Notes under the pieces: model-generated
Database searches by the model: none
Told to the model about the DNA's origin: nothing
Seen by the model: the letters and a program-made list of their open reading frames with translations, nothing else
Assembly: GCA_040218735.1 (NCBI GenBank)
Contig: JAVJQW010000008.1
Span: 1 to 64,000 of the forward strand
Source: Deltaproteobacteria bacterium
GTDB taxonomy: Bacteria > Myxococcota > Kuafuiibacteriia > Kuafuiibacteriales > Kuafuiibacteriaceae
Reading direction: 5' to 3'
DNA length: 64,000 nucleotides
Shown here: positions 50,833 through 58,528 of the stretch, in pieces
Position numbering within the stretch: position 1 is the stretch's first letter
Layout: every line of letters begins with the position of its first letter
Position numbers and translations under genes: made by a program

Positions 50833-51729
50833 ATGAGCGAGTGGTGGGCGCTGACGGTCGAGGTCGAGGGAACACCGCGCGTGCTCCGCGCGCGGACCAG
50901 CCAACGCATCATGATCGGGCGAGCGCGGACGTGCCCGATACTCATCCCGGCGGCGACCGTCGCTCGCCAGCACGCCAGCCTGGACGTCGACGTCGACGGC
51001 CGTGTGTTCCTACAAGACCTCGGCTCCTCGAACGGCGTGTGGCTCGACGGCGAGAAGATCCTGCGCGCCGAGCTCCCGGTCGGCGCCGAGTTGATGCTCG
51101 GGCGCGGCGTCGTCCGCTTCGTCGGCGTCACGCCGGCCGACGCCCCGCAACGCTGGGTCCTGGGCGTGGAGCTCACCCGCGACGGTGAAGACGTCCGCGA
51201 GCGTTTCGAGCTCGGGCCGACCGACAGCGTGAAGGTCGGCGGCCCCCGCCCGGACGTCGCCCTCCGCCCCGACCGATGCACCGTTCTTCGCGTCGACGGA
51301 GGGGTCATCACCGTCGTCCGGCCCGAGGGCCAGCACACCCACGACCCGAACACCCCGCTCGACATCGACGGCACCGAGGTCTGGCTCACCGTCACCCCCG
51401 CCGTCCACGCTCGGCCGGTCACGACCGCGCCCCACGCGGAAGGGAGCGACGCCGCCTGGCGCATCCGCATCGGCGGCGCCGGCCTCACCCGCGAGTTCGA
51501 CGTCGCGACCCACGAGCGCGTCTTCATCGGCAGCGCCGACGAGTGCTCACTGGTCCTGCGCGACGCCAAGGTCGAGCCGTGCCACGCGACGGTCTCCGTC
51601 GACCACAAGGGCCGCCTGATCGTGGAAGAGCAAGCACGCGACCCCGCGATCCGCCGCACCCACACGGAGGACGCCGCGCTGATCGTCGGCCCGTTCGACC
51701 TCGAAGTGGGGATCGCTCGCCTGAGTTGA
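50833..51729 (+). CDS. FHA-domain protein (one clear and one degenerate FHA)
   Basis: IGR...C.I......VARQHA...L.DLGSSNGV; second IGS...C...L....V...HA. Confidence 0.85.
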   Translation: MSEWWALTVEVEGTPRVLRARTSQRIMIGRARTCPILIPAATVARQHASLDVDVDGRVFLQDLGSSNGVWLDGEKILRAELPVGAELMLGRGVVRFVGVTPADAPQRWVLGVELTRDGEDVRERFELGPTDSVKVGGPRPDVALRPDRCTVLRVDGGVITVVRPEGQHTHDPNTPLDIDGTEVWLTVTPAVHARPVTTAPHAEGSDAAWRIRIGGAGLTREFDVATHERVFIGSADECSLVLRDAKVEPCHATVSVDHKGRLIVEEQARDPAIRRTHTEDAALIVGPFDLEVGIARLS

Positions 51730-51735
51730 CGCGCG

Positions 51736-54700
51736 TCAGGTCGAGGTGCGGCCGCGGAAGGGAAGGACCAGATCGGGCTCGGGCTTCGAGGCGTCCCTGA
51801 GGCCGTGGATGAAGTAGAAGGCGCCCTGCTTCTTCGACGTGACGGAGTAGAAGCCGAGGCGCCCGAGCCCCGCGCAGAAGGCCTCGATGTCGTCGAAGTA
51901 GTTGGCCGGCTCCCAGATGTGGATCTGCCCGTCGACGTGCAGGCACCGGTGCGCTTCGCGGATGTAGTCCGTGAAGTTCGCGCCCATCAGCGAAAGGCAA
52001 AAGATCGCGACGTCGAGGCTCTCGTTGTCCTGCGGAACCGCCGCCAAGTCGCAGGCCTGGACGTGTTCGTTGACCGCCACGTGGTCGAAGCTGAAGACGC
52101 GGTGTTTGTCTTTCACCGCATCGGCGATGAGTGCCTCGCCACAGCCGAAGTCACCAATGTCGAACCCCTCGCGAAGGTTCAGCCAACGAATCTCCTCCTC
52201 GAACGGCACGACGTCCCAGCTCTTGCGAATCTCTTGGTACATCGTGTGGTAGTGCGCCCACTCCTCGGGGTTGATGCTCAGCCGATCGTGGGTCTTGTGA
52301 CTGGTGCTCGCGTACCACCGGTTGTTCATGACGCCGAAGTCACCGTACCTGCGCGTACGCTTCGCGACGTCGCCGGGCTCCCGGGAGAGCGGGACCTTGA
52401 TGAGCTTGCGTTCGATGGTCTCGAGCACCCCCGTTTCGAGCCGGTCGAGCCAACCCATGATGTCCTGCTGCGCTTGCGCCTCGGTCCTCAGGTTGCCTTC
52501 GGGCACGACACCATCCACCGCTGCGTCCGCGATCGACTTCTTGTACTCGAGGCGATGTAACTTGGACTCGCAGTACGACCAGCGCTCGCCGTTTACGTAC
52601 GCGTAGGTCACGGGGATGACGACCTTCACGCGCTCGAACTTGCTGCCCTGTCGCCAGAGCCTCGCACGGAGCTGCTCGTACTCCGCGTTGGTCCACGGCA
52701 GCGCGTTGAGGATCAGCTTCCCACAGACATGCTGTAACCCATCGACCCCGGTACTCACCCGGCTCGAAGCAATCAGAACGTCGACGTCTCCGTGCGGCTT
52801 CTTGAACTCATCGAGCGCAGAGTCATCGCTCTTGCCGGTGAACAACCCCGGGCGAAAGCCCGCAGCTTTCACCGCGTCCCAGATCTGACTCGCGATGCCG
52901 TCGACATAGTGCGTGTAGATGAGTGTCTTCGTGCCCGGTTCGAGCTGCTCGACGATCGTGGGGAGCCGGATGCTGGTCAGGACCCGCTCCATCTCCAGGA
53001 CGGTCCCGCGCCCGACCCGCCGGATGGCGTCGAGTCGGTCCGCGCAATCGATCTCGACCTTCTCCGTGTCGAGCTGGGTCGTGTAGTCCGGCTTCCAGCG
53101 CGTCCCCAGCGTGACGAAGCGCTGGTAGAGGCGCATGCAGTTCTGGACCGTAGCCTTCGTCTCCAGGTCTTCGTGTTTGTAGCCCGTGATCATCTCGACG
53201 AGGCTTCGCCCCTCCTGCAGCGTGTTGATGACCGGCGTGCCCGACATCCCGAGCACACAGAGCTCCGCGTTGCGTTTGCCGCCCTCCAAGACCAATGCTT
53301 GCACCAAGCGCTTGCGGCGACTCATCTGCTTCTCGTCCCGCTGTTTCGCGAAGTGGATCTCGTCGATGACCACGAAGTCCACGACGTGCCGCGCGATGAA
53401 GTCGACCAGCTTCGCCTCCGAATCGGGCTGCTGAAACTGCTCGAAGTTCATGATGAGGTAGCGGGGTGCATCCGAGAGGTCGTCGCCCCACGTCGGCTCC
53501 CAGGTCTTCGTTTCGACACGCGACACCGGGAAGGCGTTCTTCACCTCGCGCTCCCAGTTGCTGACGACGGCGTTCGGGCAGCAGATGACGGTGAGCGACG
53601 ACTCCGTGAGGCGCGTCGCGAGCACCGCGCTCAACGTCTTGCCCGCCCCCATCCCCGACCAGTTCCCGAAGCGTCGCTTCTCGGAGACGCTAACTGCGAC
53701 GTGCCGCTGCATGAGGTGTGGTGGACAGACGTCGTGTGCGGGCGTCGGGCGGAACGCGTAGCCTTCGGGCAGCGCCATCTTCTGCGCAGCGTCGAACTCG
53801 GTGAGGAAGCGGTCGCGCACGATCGTCGAGTACGCATCCCCCTCGAAGCTGCGGGCCTGCGCCTCGGCTTCTTCGGGGACGCGATAGGCGTGCCTCCATA
53901 ACTTCGCCTTGGCGCTGTCGAGGAGGAACTTCACCGTCTCCGCGTCCGCGTTCGCGACGAGTGTGCTGTCCAGCGCCGCCAGCGCGTCCCGCGTCTCCAC
54001 GACGGGGAGCCGGTAGATGTCGAGGGTGTCTCCAGGCTCCTCCGGCTCGACACTAGGCTGGTCTTCGATCGCCGCCGAGACGTCGATGTCCCCGTCGGAC
54101 TCGTAGGCGCTGTCCGGTGCGTCCGGCAGCGCGAAGGGGTCATCCGGCGGGGCCCCCGTCTTCTTCTTCTCGGCCGGTGGGTCCTGCAGCTCCAGGGTGA
54201 AGTCTTGGTTCGTGGCAAACTCATCGACGAGCGACGGTTCGTCACGTGAGAACTTCTCGAGCTCCTCGATCGGGAACCTGCCCGTAGTCAGCGCGCGCAC
54301 GAAGGCGGTCGATGCCCCTCCGCGTAGCGCACCCGCCTGCATGGCCAACGCGAACATCTCGCTCGGCGTGAGGACGTCGAGGTGTCCGAGGAGCGACTGA
54401 ACGAACGCTCGGATGCTGTCGAGCGTCCACGCTCCGTAACACTGCGGGCAGCGACTTCGAGAACGGGTGCGGCTACGGACGCCCGCGCGGAACTCGTGCC
54501 CCTTCGAGCAGAGCCACCACGCGCTCATCTTGTGGTCGGGGTCCACCTGTTCGGCGCTCAGGTCGCCGTTCTTGTGCGGATGCCACTCCGACGCGATTTC
54601 GGGAAACCGGGCCGCCAAGGAGTCACTGGCCAGCGCGCAGTGCGGGCAACCGTCGTCCGTGACCATCTGCAGAGGGCTCCTCCGGAAGCTGTGTCCTTCG

Positions 54701-55023
54701 TCGCAGACCCACCACACCGGCGCGTTGTGGCCCGCGTCGATCGCGGCCGGAGTCGTTTCGTTCTTGGCAGGGTGCCAGCGCTTCGCAAGCTGCGGATGGG
54801 TATCAGCGAGGCTCGCTCCTCCCAGCGCACACTGCGGGCAGGACGGATCCTTCGACATCATCCGCGGCTTGCGCTCGAACGAGTGCCCGTTCGGACACTT
54901 CCACCACACCGTTCGATAACTCTTGGCCTGGTGTGCGGAGGCGGGCTTTTCGTTCTTGGCTTCGTCCCAGAGCGCGAGCAGCGCGGGGACGTCCGAAATC
55001 ATGTCAGCCATCGTCGTCTTCAC
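51736..55023 (-). CDS. Multidomain protein: 3x zinc ribbon (DUF4379-like) + SF2 helicase/ATPase + Rrp8/nucleomethylin-like SAM methyltransferase
   Basis: Three WW.C..GH.F...CP.C repeats; GMGAGKT, DEIH, SGTP, GVDGLQ, Q...RLWRQG; C-terminal YH..Y...W...P, IGDFGCGEA.IA, V.SFD, ACD...VP..NESLDVAIFCLSLMG.N..DYIREA.R.L...G...I.E. Start may be ATG at 55011. Confidence 0.85.
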   Translation of the reverse strand: MKTTMADMISDVPALLALWDEAKNEKPASAHQAKSYRTVWWKCPNGHSFERKPRMMSKDPSCPQCALGGASLADTHPQLAKRWHPAKNETTPAAIDAGHNAPVWWVCDEGHSFRRSPLQMVTDDGCPHCALASDSLAARFPEIASEWHPHKNGDLSAEQVDPDHKMSAWWLCSKGHEFRAGVRSRTRSRSRCPQCYGAWTLDSIRAFVQSLLGHLDVLTPSEMFALAMQAGALRGGASTAFVRALTTGRFPIEELEKFSRDEPSLVDEFATNQDFTLELQDPPAEKKKTGAPPDDPFALPDAPDSAYESDGDIDVSAAIEDQPSVEPEEPGDTLDIYRLPVVETRDALAALDSTLVANADAETVKFLLDSAKAKLWRHAYRVPEEAEAQARSFEGDAYSTIVRDRFLTEFDAAQKMALPEGYAFRPTPAHDVCPPHLMQRHVAVSVSEKRRFGNWSGMGAGKTLSAVLATRLTESSLTVICCPNAVVSNWEREVKNAFPVSRVETKTWEPTWGDDLSDAPRYLIMNFEQFQQPDSEAKLVDFIARHVVDFVVIDEIHFAKQRDEKQMSRRKRLVQALVLEGGKRNAELCVLGMSGTPVINTLQEGRSLVEMITGYKHEDLETKATVQNCMRLYQRFVTLGTRWKPDYTTQLDTEKVEIDCADRLDAIRRVGRGTVLEMERVLTSIRLPTIVEQLEPGTKTLIYTHYVDGIASQIWDAVKAAGFRPGLFTGKSDDSALDEFKKPHGDVDVLIASSRVSTGVDGLQHVCGKLILNALPWTNAEYEQLRARLWRQGSKFERVKVVIPVTYAYVNGERWSYCESKLHRLEYKKSIADAAVDGVVPEGNLRTEAQAQQDIMGWLDRLETGVLETIERKLIKVPLSREPGDVAKRTRRYGDFGVMNNRWYASTSHKTHDRLSINPEEWAHYHTMYQEIRKSWDVVPFEEEIRWLNLREGFDIGDFGCGEALIADAVKDKHRVFSFDHVAVNEHVQACDLAAVPQDNESLDVAIFCLSLMGANFTDYIREAHRCLHVDGQIHIWEPANYFDDIEAFCAGLGRLGFYSVTSKKQGAFYFIHGLRDASKPEPDLVLPFRGRTST

Positions 55024-55035
55024 CCTCTGCGTTGG

Positions 55036-57906
55036 TCAGCGAGGACCGGGGAGCGGCGGCGGCTCGATGCAGTCCGTCGAGAACCACCGCGGGTCCTGGG
55101 GATCGAGCGCCTCGCCGTCGACCAACGGGAGCCCGGGACCCTGAATCGCCTCGCCGGCGGCCTCGTCCTCCGCGAGCGCGAGGTTCATCTCCAGGAGGAA
55201 CTCGGTCGCCTCCTGGTCCGCCGGCTTCCCGTAAGCGGCCTCTACCGCCGCGTCGAGCTTGGCCTGCGCGTCCTTGAGCGGATGAGGCCCCGCGACCTCG
55301 GCGGAGCGGTAGAGCTCGCGGAGCGACCAGCCGTTGGCGTCCATGAGCTCCCGGCGCGTCGCGCGGAGCTGCTGGGCGGCCTGCCCGACCGCGATGACGT
55401 CGTCGAGGGTGGGTTCCTGCGGCCAGGGGAAGGTCTTCCAGACCTTGGAGGTATAGCGAATGTCGCTCTTGAGTCGGCCACCCTTGGCTTTGGTCCAGGC
55501 CCAGTGCAGTGAGGACTGAATGATGCCGAAGCTGTAGTCATCCTCGTATGCGAAGAGTTGCAGTGTGTTCGTCGGAACGAACTTGGTGGAGATGAACGTG
55601 AAGATCGGGCGCGTCTGAGGACTCGCGCACACGACGTGACGAGCGTCGACGCCCCTTCGTCGCACGAACTCGAAGTATCGAGCGCTCGGATCGCGAGGCA
55701 TCCACCATCGACGAAGCCAACCTGCGTAGTGTTTGGTCGACTTGGGGTTCGATGCGCGCGCCTCGATCATCGGATAGACGTGCGCGCGCAGATGCCGCGC
55801 CGCGGTCGGACTCGCCGAGCGTGCAAGCTCCTCGGTCGAAGAGTCCGCCAACCATGCGCAGTACCCGGGTTGCGAGACCAGCTTGCCGCCGAGCATGTCG
55901 CCTCCGGTGGCGATGGGCCGCGCGACCCCGTCGTCTGCGGCCCCGCGAAGTGTCTCGCCCGTCACGACGAAGTCGGAGCTCCCGAGAATCACACCGAGCG
56001 CGGTCCCTTCGGCGTTCGAGCGGAGCGTTCGCGCGCCCTTCAGATCGGGCTGAATCCGTAGCTCCGGACCCACGGCATCGACCTCGTAGATTCGGTCGGC
56101 GACCTGAAGTCGGAAGGGCCCCTCTCGCGATTGCAGCGTCCAGTTGACGATGCTTACGTTCAGAACGGCGGCGCCGCCCCAAGCGCGAGAGGACACCGCA
56201 TCCGTGATGGTTCCGCCCGCGTTGACGATGTACTCGAGCGACATCTCGTTCGCACGACCGACTCGAATCCCGCTCGTTCCGATGAGTCCTGCGCGTCCAG
56301 TGTCAGCGAGGCGATCGTGCGCGCGCCGAAACCAGTGCGTACACAAGTCGACATTGATCGTGCCGTATCGCTCGCGAAGTCGTGCGAGGTACTCACGCCC
56401 CAACTCCTGTCGTGCCTTCTGTGATCCCAAGAACGGTGGGTTCCCGACGATCGCGTCCGCCTCCGGCCAATCCGTGAACAGAGCGTCGGCGCACACGATG
56501 TTCTCATCCAGGTTGTCCAGCGGCAGCGACGGATCCACCTCGATCGGGAACTGACCGAACTTCGCGAGCACCTCCTCCTTGCGCTGTTCGAAGGCGATCT
56601 TCTTGGCGATGTTGAGCGTCGTCTTCGCGAGCTCGACCGCGAACGGGTTGATGTCGATGCCGAAGAAGTTCGTCGTTTCGATGCGGGAGTCCCACGTCAC
56701 CGCTCCCTTGCCGCTCGTCGCCGACGGGAACGCCTCGTAGATCCGGACCAGCACCTCCGTCTCGAGGCGGTAGAGCTCGCGGAAGGCGACGTACAGGAAG
56801 TTGCCGCTCCCGCAGGCCGGATCGAGCACCCGGTACGTCCGCATGTCCTTGAGGATGGTCTTCAGCTGCTCGAGCGTCTTCGCCGCCCCGATGCGCTCGC
56901 GCCACGGCTCGACGATCGTCGGGCCGACGACGCTCATGATGTCGTCGCGCGCCGTGTAGTGCGCCCCCTGCGCGTGGCGCTCGGCGTCGTCCATCACGCC
57001 CTGGAACACACTCCCGAAGATGTGCGGATCCACGTGGATCCAGTTGGCCTCCGCCGCCTTCGTCAACGCCCGCAGCACGGCGTCGTTCAACGCCAGGTCC
57101 GTCGCGCCTTCGAAGAGCCCTCCGTTGAAGTACGGGATCGACTTCGATTCCTCGTCGCGCTCCGCGCGGGGGGTGTTCATCCATCTGAACAACTCGCCGA
57201 GCTTCGCCTCCGCGTCGCCGTCCACGCCCGCCTGATACAAGAGCGCCGTGAAGTACTCCTTGGGCAGCAGCCCGATGTCCTCGGCGAACATCGCGACGAT
57301 GCACCGCAGCGTGAATCGAATGGCGTCGTCCCGGCGCTCCGGGTTCTCGGCGGCGAGCGCGCGGTAGACGTGCGCCACGAGGTCGGCGACCTCCTTGCTG
57401 ACCTTGTCGACGTTGATGATCTTCGGCGTCGTCCCGGGGATCCAGTCCGGCGCAAAGAAGGGGAACGCTTCGCTGTACTTGGGCAGCTCGTCGAGCGCCA
57501 GCGTGAGTCGAGGGGCGTGCCGATCGTTCGCGAGATCGTAGAGCCGCACATCGCGCTGATTGGTCAGCACGACGTACTGCGGCTCGGCGTCCATCTGGAC
57601 GCAGGCCCGATACAGCTCCCCCCAAGCGAGGTCGAGCAGCAGTTCACGATCGACCACGTCGACGACCACCCGACGTTCGGACCCGTAGGCCGCGACCGTC
57701 CTCCTGGCCTTCTTGCCCGCAGCGACGATCCCGAACTCATGACGGAAGTCGAACGCACCGTCGTCGTCGACCAGCCCGAAACAACGAATCAGCCTCTCGG
57801 CGAACGTCGCCCCGGCGTTCCGCCCACGAATCCCCCCCGCAGCTTCGAGCGCGAAGCGCCTGAGCGCCATCTTCGTGCTGGCCGCCGGCTGTCGCCCCTC
57901 GTGCAT
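55036..57906 (-). CDS. MmeI/YeeA-like (Type IIL) N6-adenine DNA methyltransferase with degenerate N-terminal nuclease domain
   Basis: MFAED.GLL, PYFNGGLF, IFGS.FQ, GAHYT, LDPACGSGNFL (motif I), GNPPFLG (motif IV), FGI.QS..H..W, RYT....TFPWP, L..A...LD.AV..AYG. Start is ATG 57906 or 57870. Confidence 0.9.
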   Translation of the reverse strand: MHEGRQPAASTKMALRRFALEAAGGIRGRNAGATFAERLIRCFGLVDDDGAFDFRHEFGIVAAGKKARRTVAAYGSERRVVVDVVDRELLLDLAWGELYRACVQMDAEPQYVVLTNQRDVRLYDLANDRHAPRLTLALDELPKYSEAFPFFAPDWIPGTTPKIINVDKVSKEVADLVAHVYRALAAENPERRDDAIRFTLRCIVAMFAEDIGLLPKEYFTALLYQAGVDGDAEAKLGELFRWMNTPRAERDEESKSIPYFNGGLFEGATDLALNDAVLRALTKAAEANWIHVDPHIFGSVFQGVMDDAERHAQGAHYTARDDIMSVVGPTIVEPWRERIGAAKTLEQLKTILKDMRTYRVLDPACGSGNFLYVAFRELYRLETEVLVRIYEAFPSATSGKGAVTWDSRIETTNFFGIDINPFAVELAKTTLNIAKKIAFEQRKEEVLAKFGQFPIEVDPSLPLDNLDENIVCADALFTDWPEADAIVGNPPFLGSQKARQELGREYLARLRERYGTINVDLCTHWFRRAHDRLADTGRAGLIGTSGIRVGRANEMSLEYIVNAGGTITDAVSSRAWGGAAVLNVSIVNWTLQSREGPFRLQVADRIYEVDAVGPELRIQPDLKGARTLRSNAEGTALGVILGSSDFVVTGETLRGAADDGVARPIATGGDMLGGKLVSQPGYCAWLADSSTEELARSASPTAARHLRAHVYPMIEARASNPKSTKHYAGWLRRWWMPRDPSARYFEFVRRRGVDARHVVCASPQTRPIFTFISTKFVPTNTLQLFAYEDDYSFGIIQSSLHWAWTKAKGGRLKSDIRYTSKVWKTFPWPQEPTLDDVIAVGQAAQQLRATRRELMDANGWSLRELYRSAEVAGPHPLKDAQAKLDAAVEAAYGKPADQEATEFLLEMNLALAEDEAAGEAIQGPGLPLVDGEALDPQDPRWFSTDCIEPPPLPGPR

Positions 57907-57944
57907 CGCGCTGACATACACCAATGCGGAGCCCACATGGAGGC

Positions 57945-58511
57945 TCACCGCAGGCGCAGCATCAGCAGCACCACCGTCGCGCCCACCACCAGCAACGCCG
58001 CAACGATCAGCCACAGCGGCGGCCCCGCGTCCGCCGGCATCGCGATGGTCACCTCCTGCACCGCGTACGCGCGTTTGCACGACACGAGCACGACCTTCAC
58101 GCCGTACAGGTCCTCGTCGAGCGGGATCGCCTTGCGCACGACCTCCAGCGTTCGCTTCGACTCGGGCGGCACCAACGACTGCACCTCGGTGCGGAACGCG
58201 CGGCCGCCGCCGGCGAGTGTGCGCGCCGAGCGCGTGGGGAGCGCCTCGGGCCGAGTGTTCTCGATGTCCTCCAACGACGCGCCGAGGAACACCCCCAGCT
58301 CGGCCGCCGTGATCGCGACCGTCGCCGTGGAGCGCACGTCGACACGGACCGTGACGTCACGGCGCGTCGGTTTGCCTTGGAACATACGCGTCGCATAGCG
58401 CGCGGTGGCGCTCACGACTTCGAGTTGCTCGGTGCAGTCGGGCTCGGCCCACGCCGCGGACGGCGCGGACGGCGCGAGCACGAGCACCCAGGCGAGGTGA
58501 CGAATCAGCAC
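57945..58511 (-). CDS. Hypothetical exported protein with C-terminal membrane anchor
   Basis: N-terminal signal-like segment; C-terminal TM followed by RLR. Confidence 0.65.
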   Translation of the reverse strand: MLIRHLAWVLVLAPSAPSAAWAEPDCTEQLEVVSATARYATRMFQGKPTRRDVTVRVDVRSTATVAITAAELGVFLGASLEDIENTRPEALPTRSARTLAGGGRAFRTEVQSLVPPESKRTLEVVRKAIPLDEDLYGVKVVLVSCKRAYAVQEVTIAMPADAGPPLWLIVAALLVVGATVVLLMLRLR

Positions 58512-58528
58512 TCAGGCGAAGCGACGAA

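Noticed and set aside
51700-58000. Prophage, IS or integrative-element boundaries around the methylase-helicase pair
   Set aside because: No integrase, transposase, tRNA or flanking direct repeats were seen.
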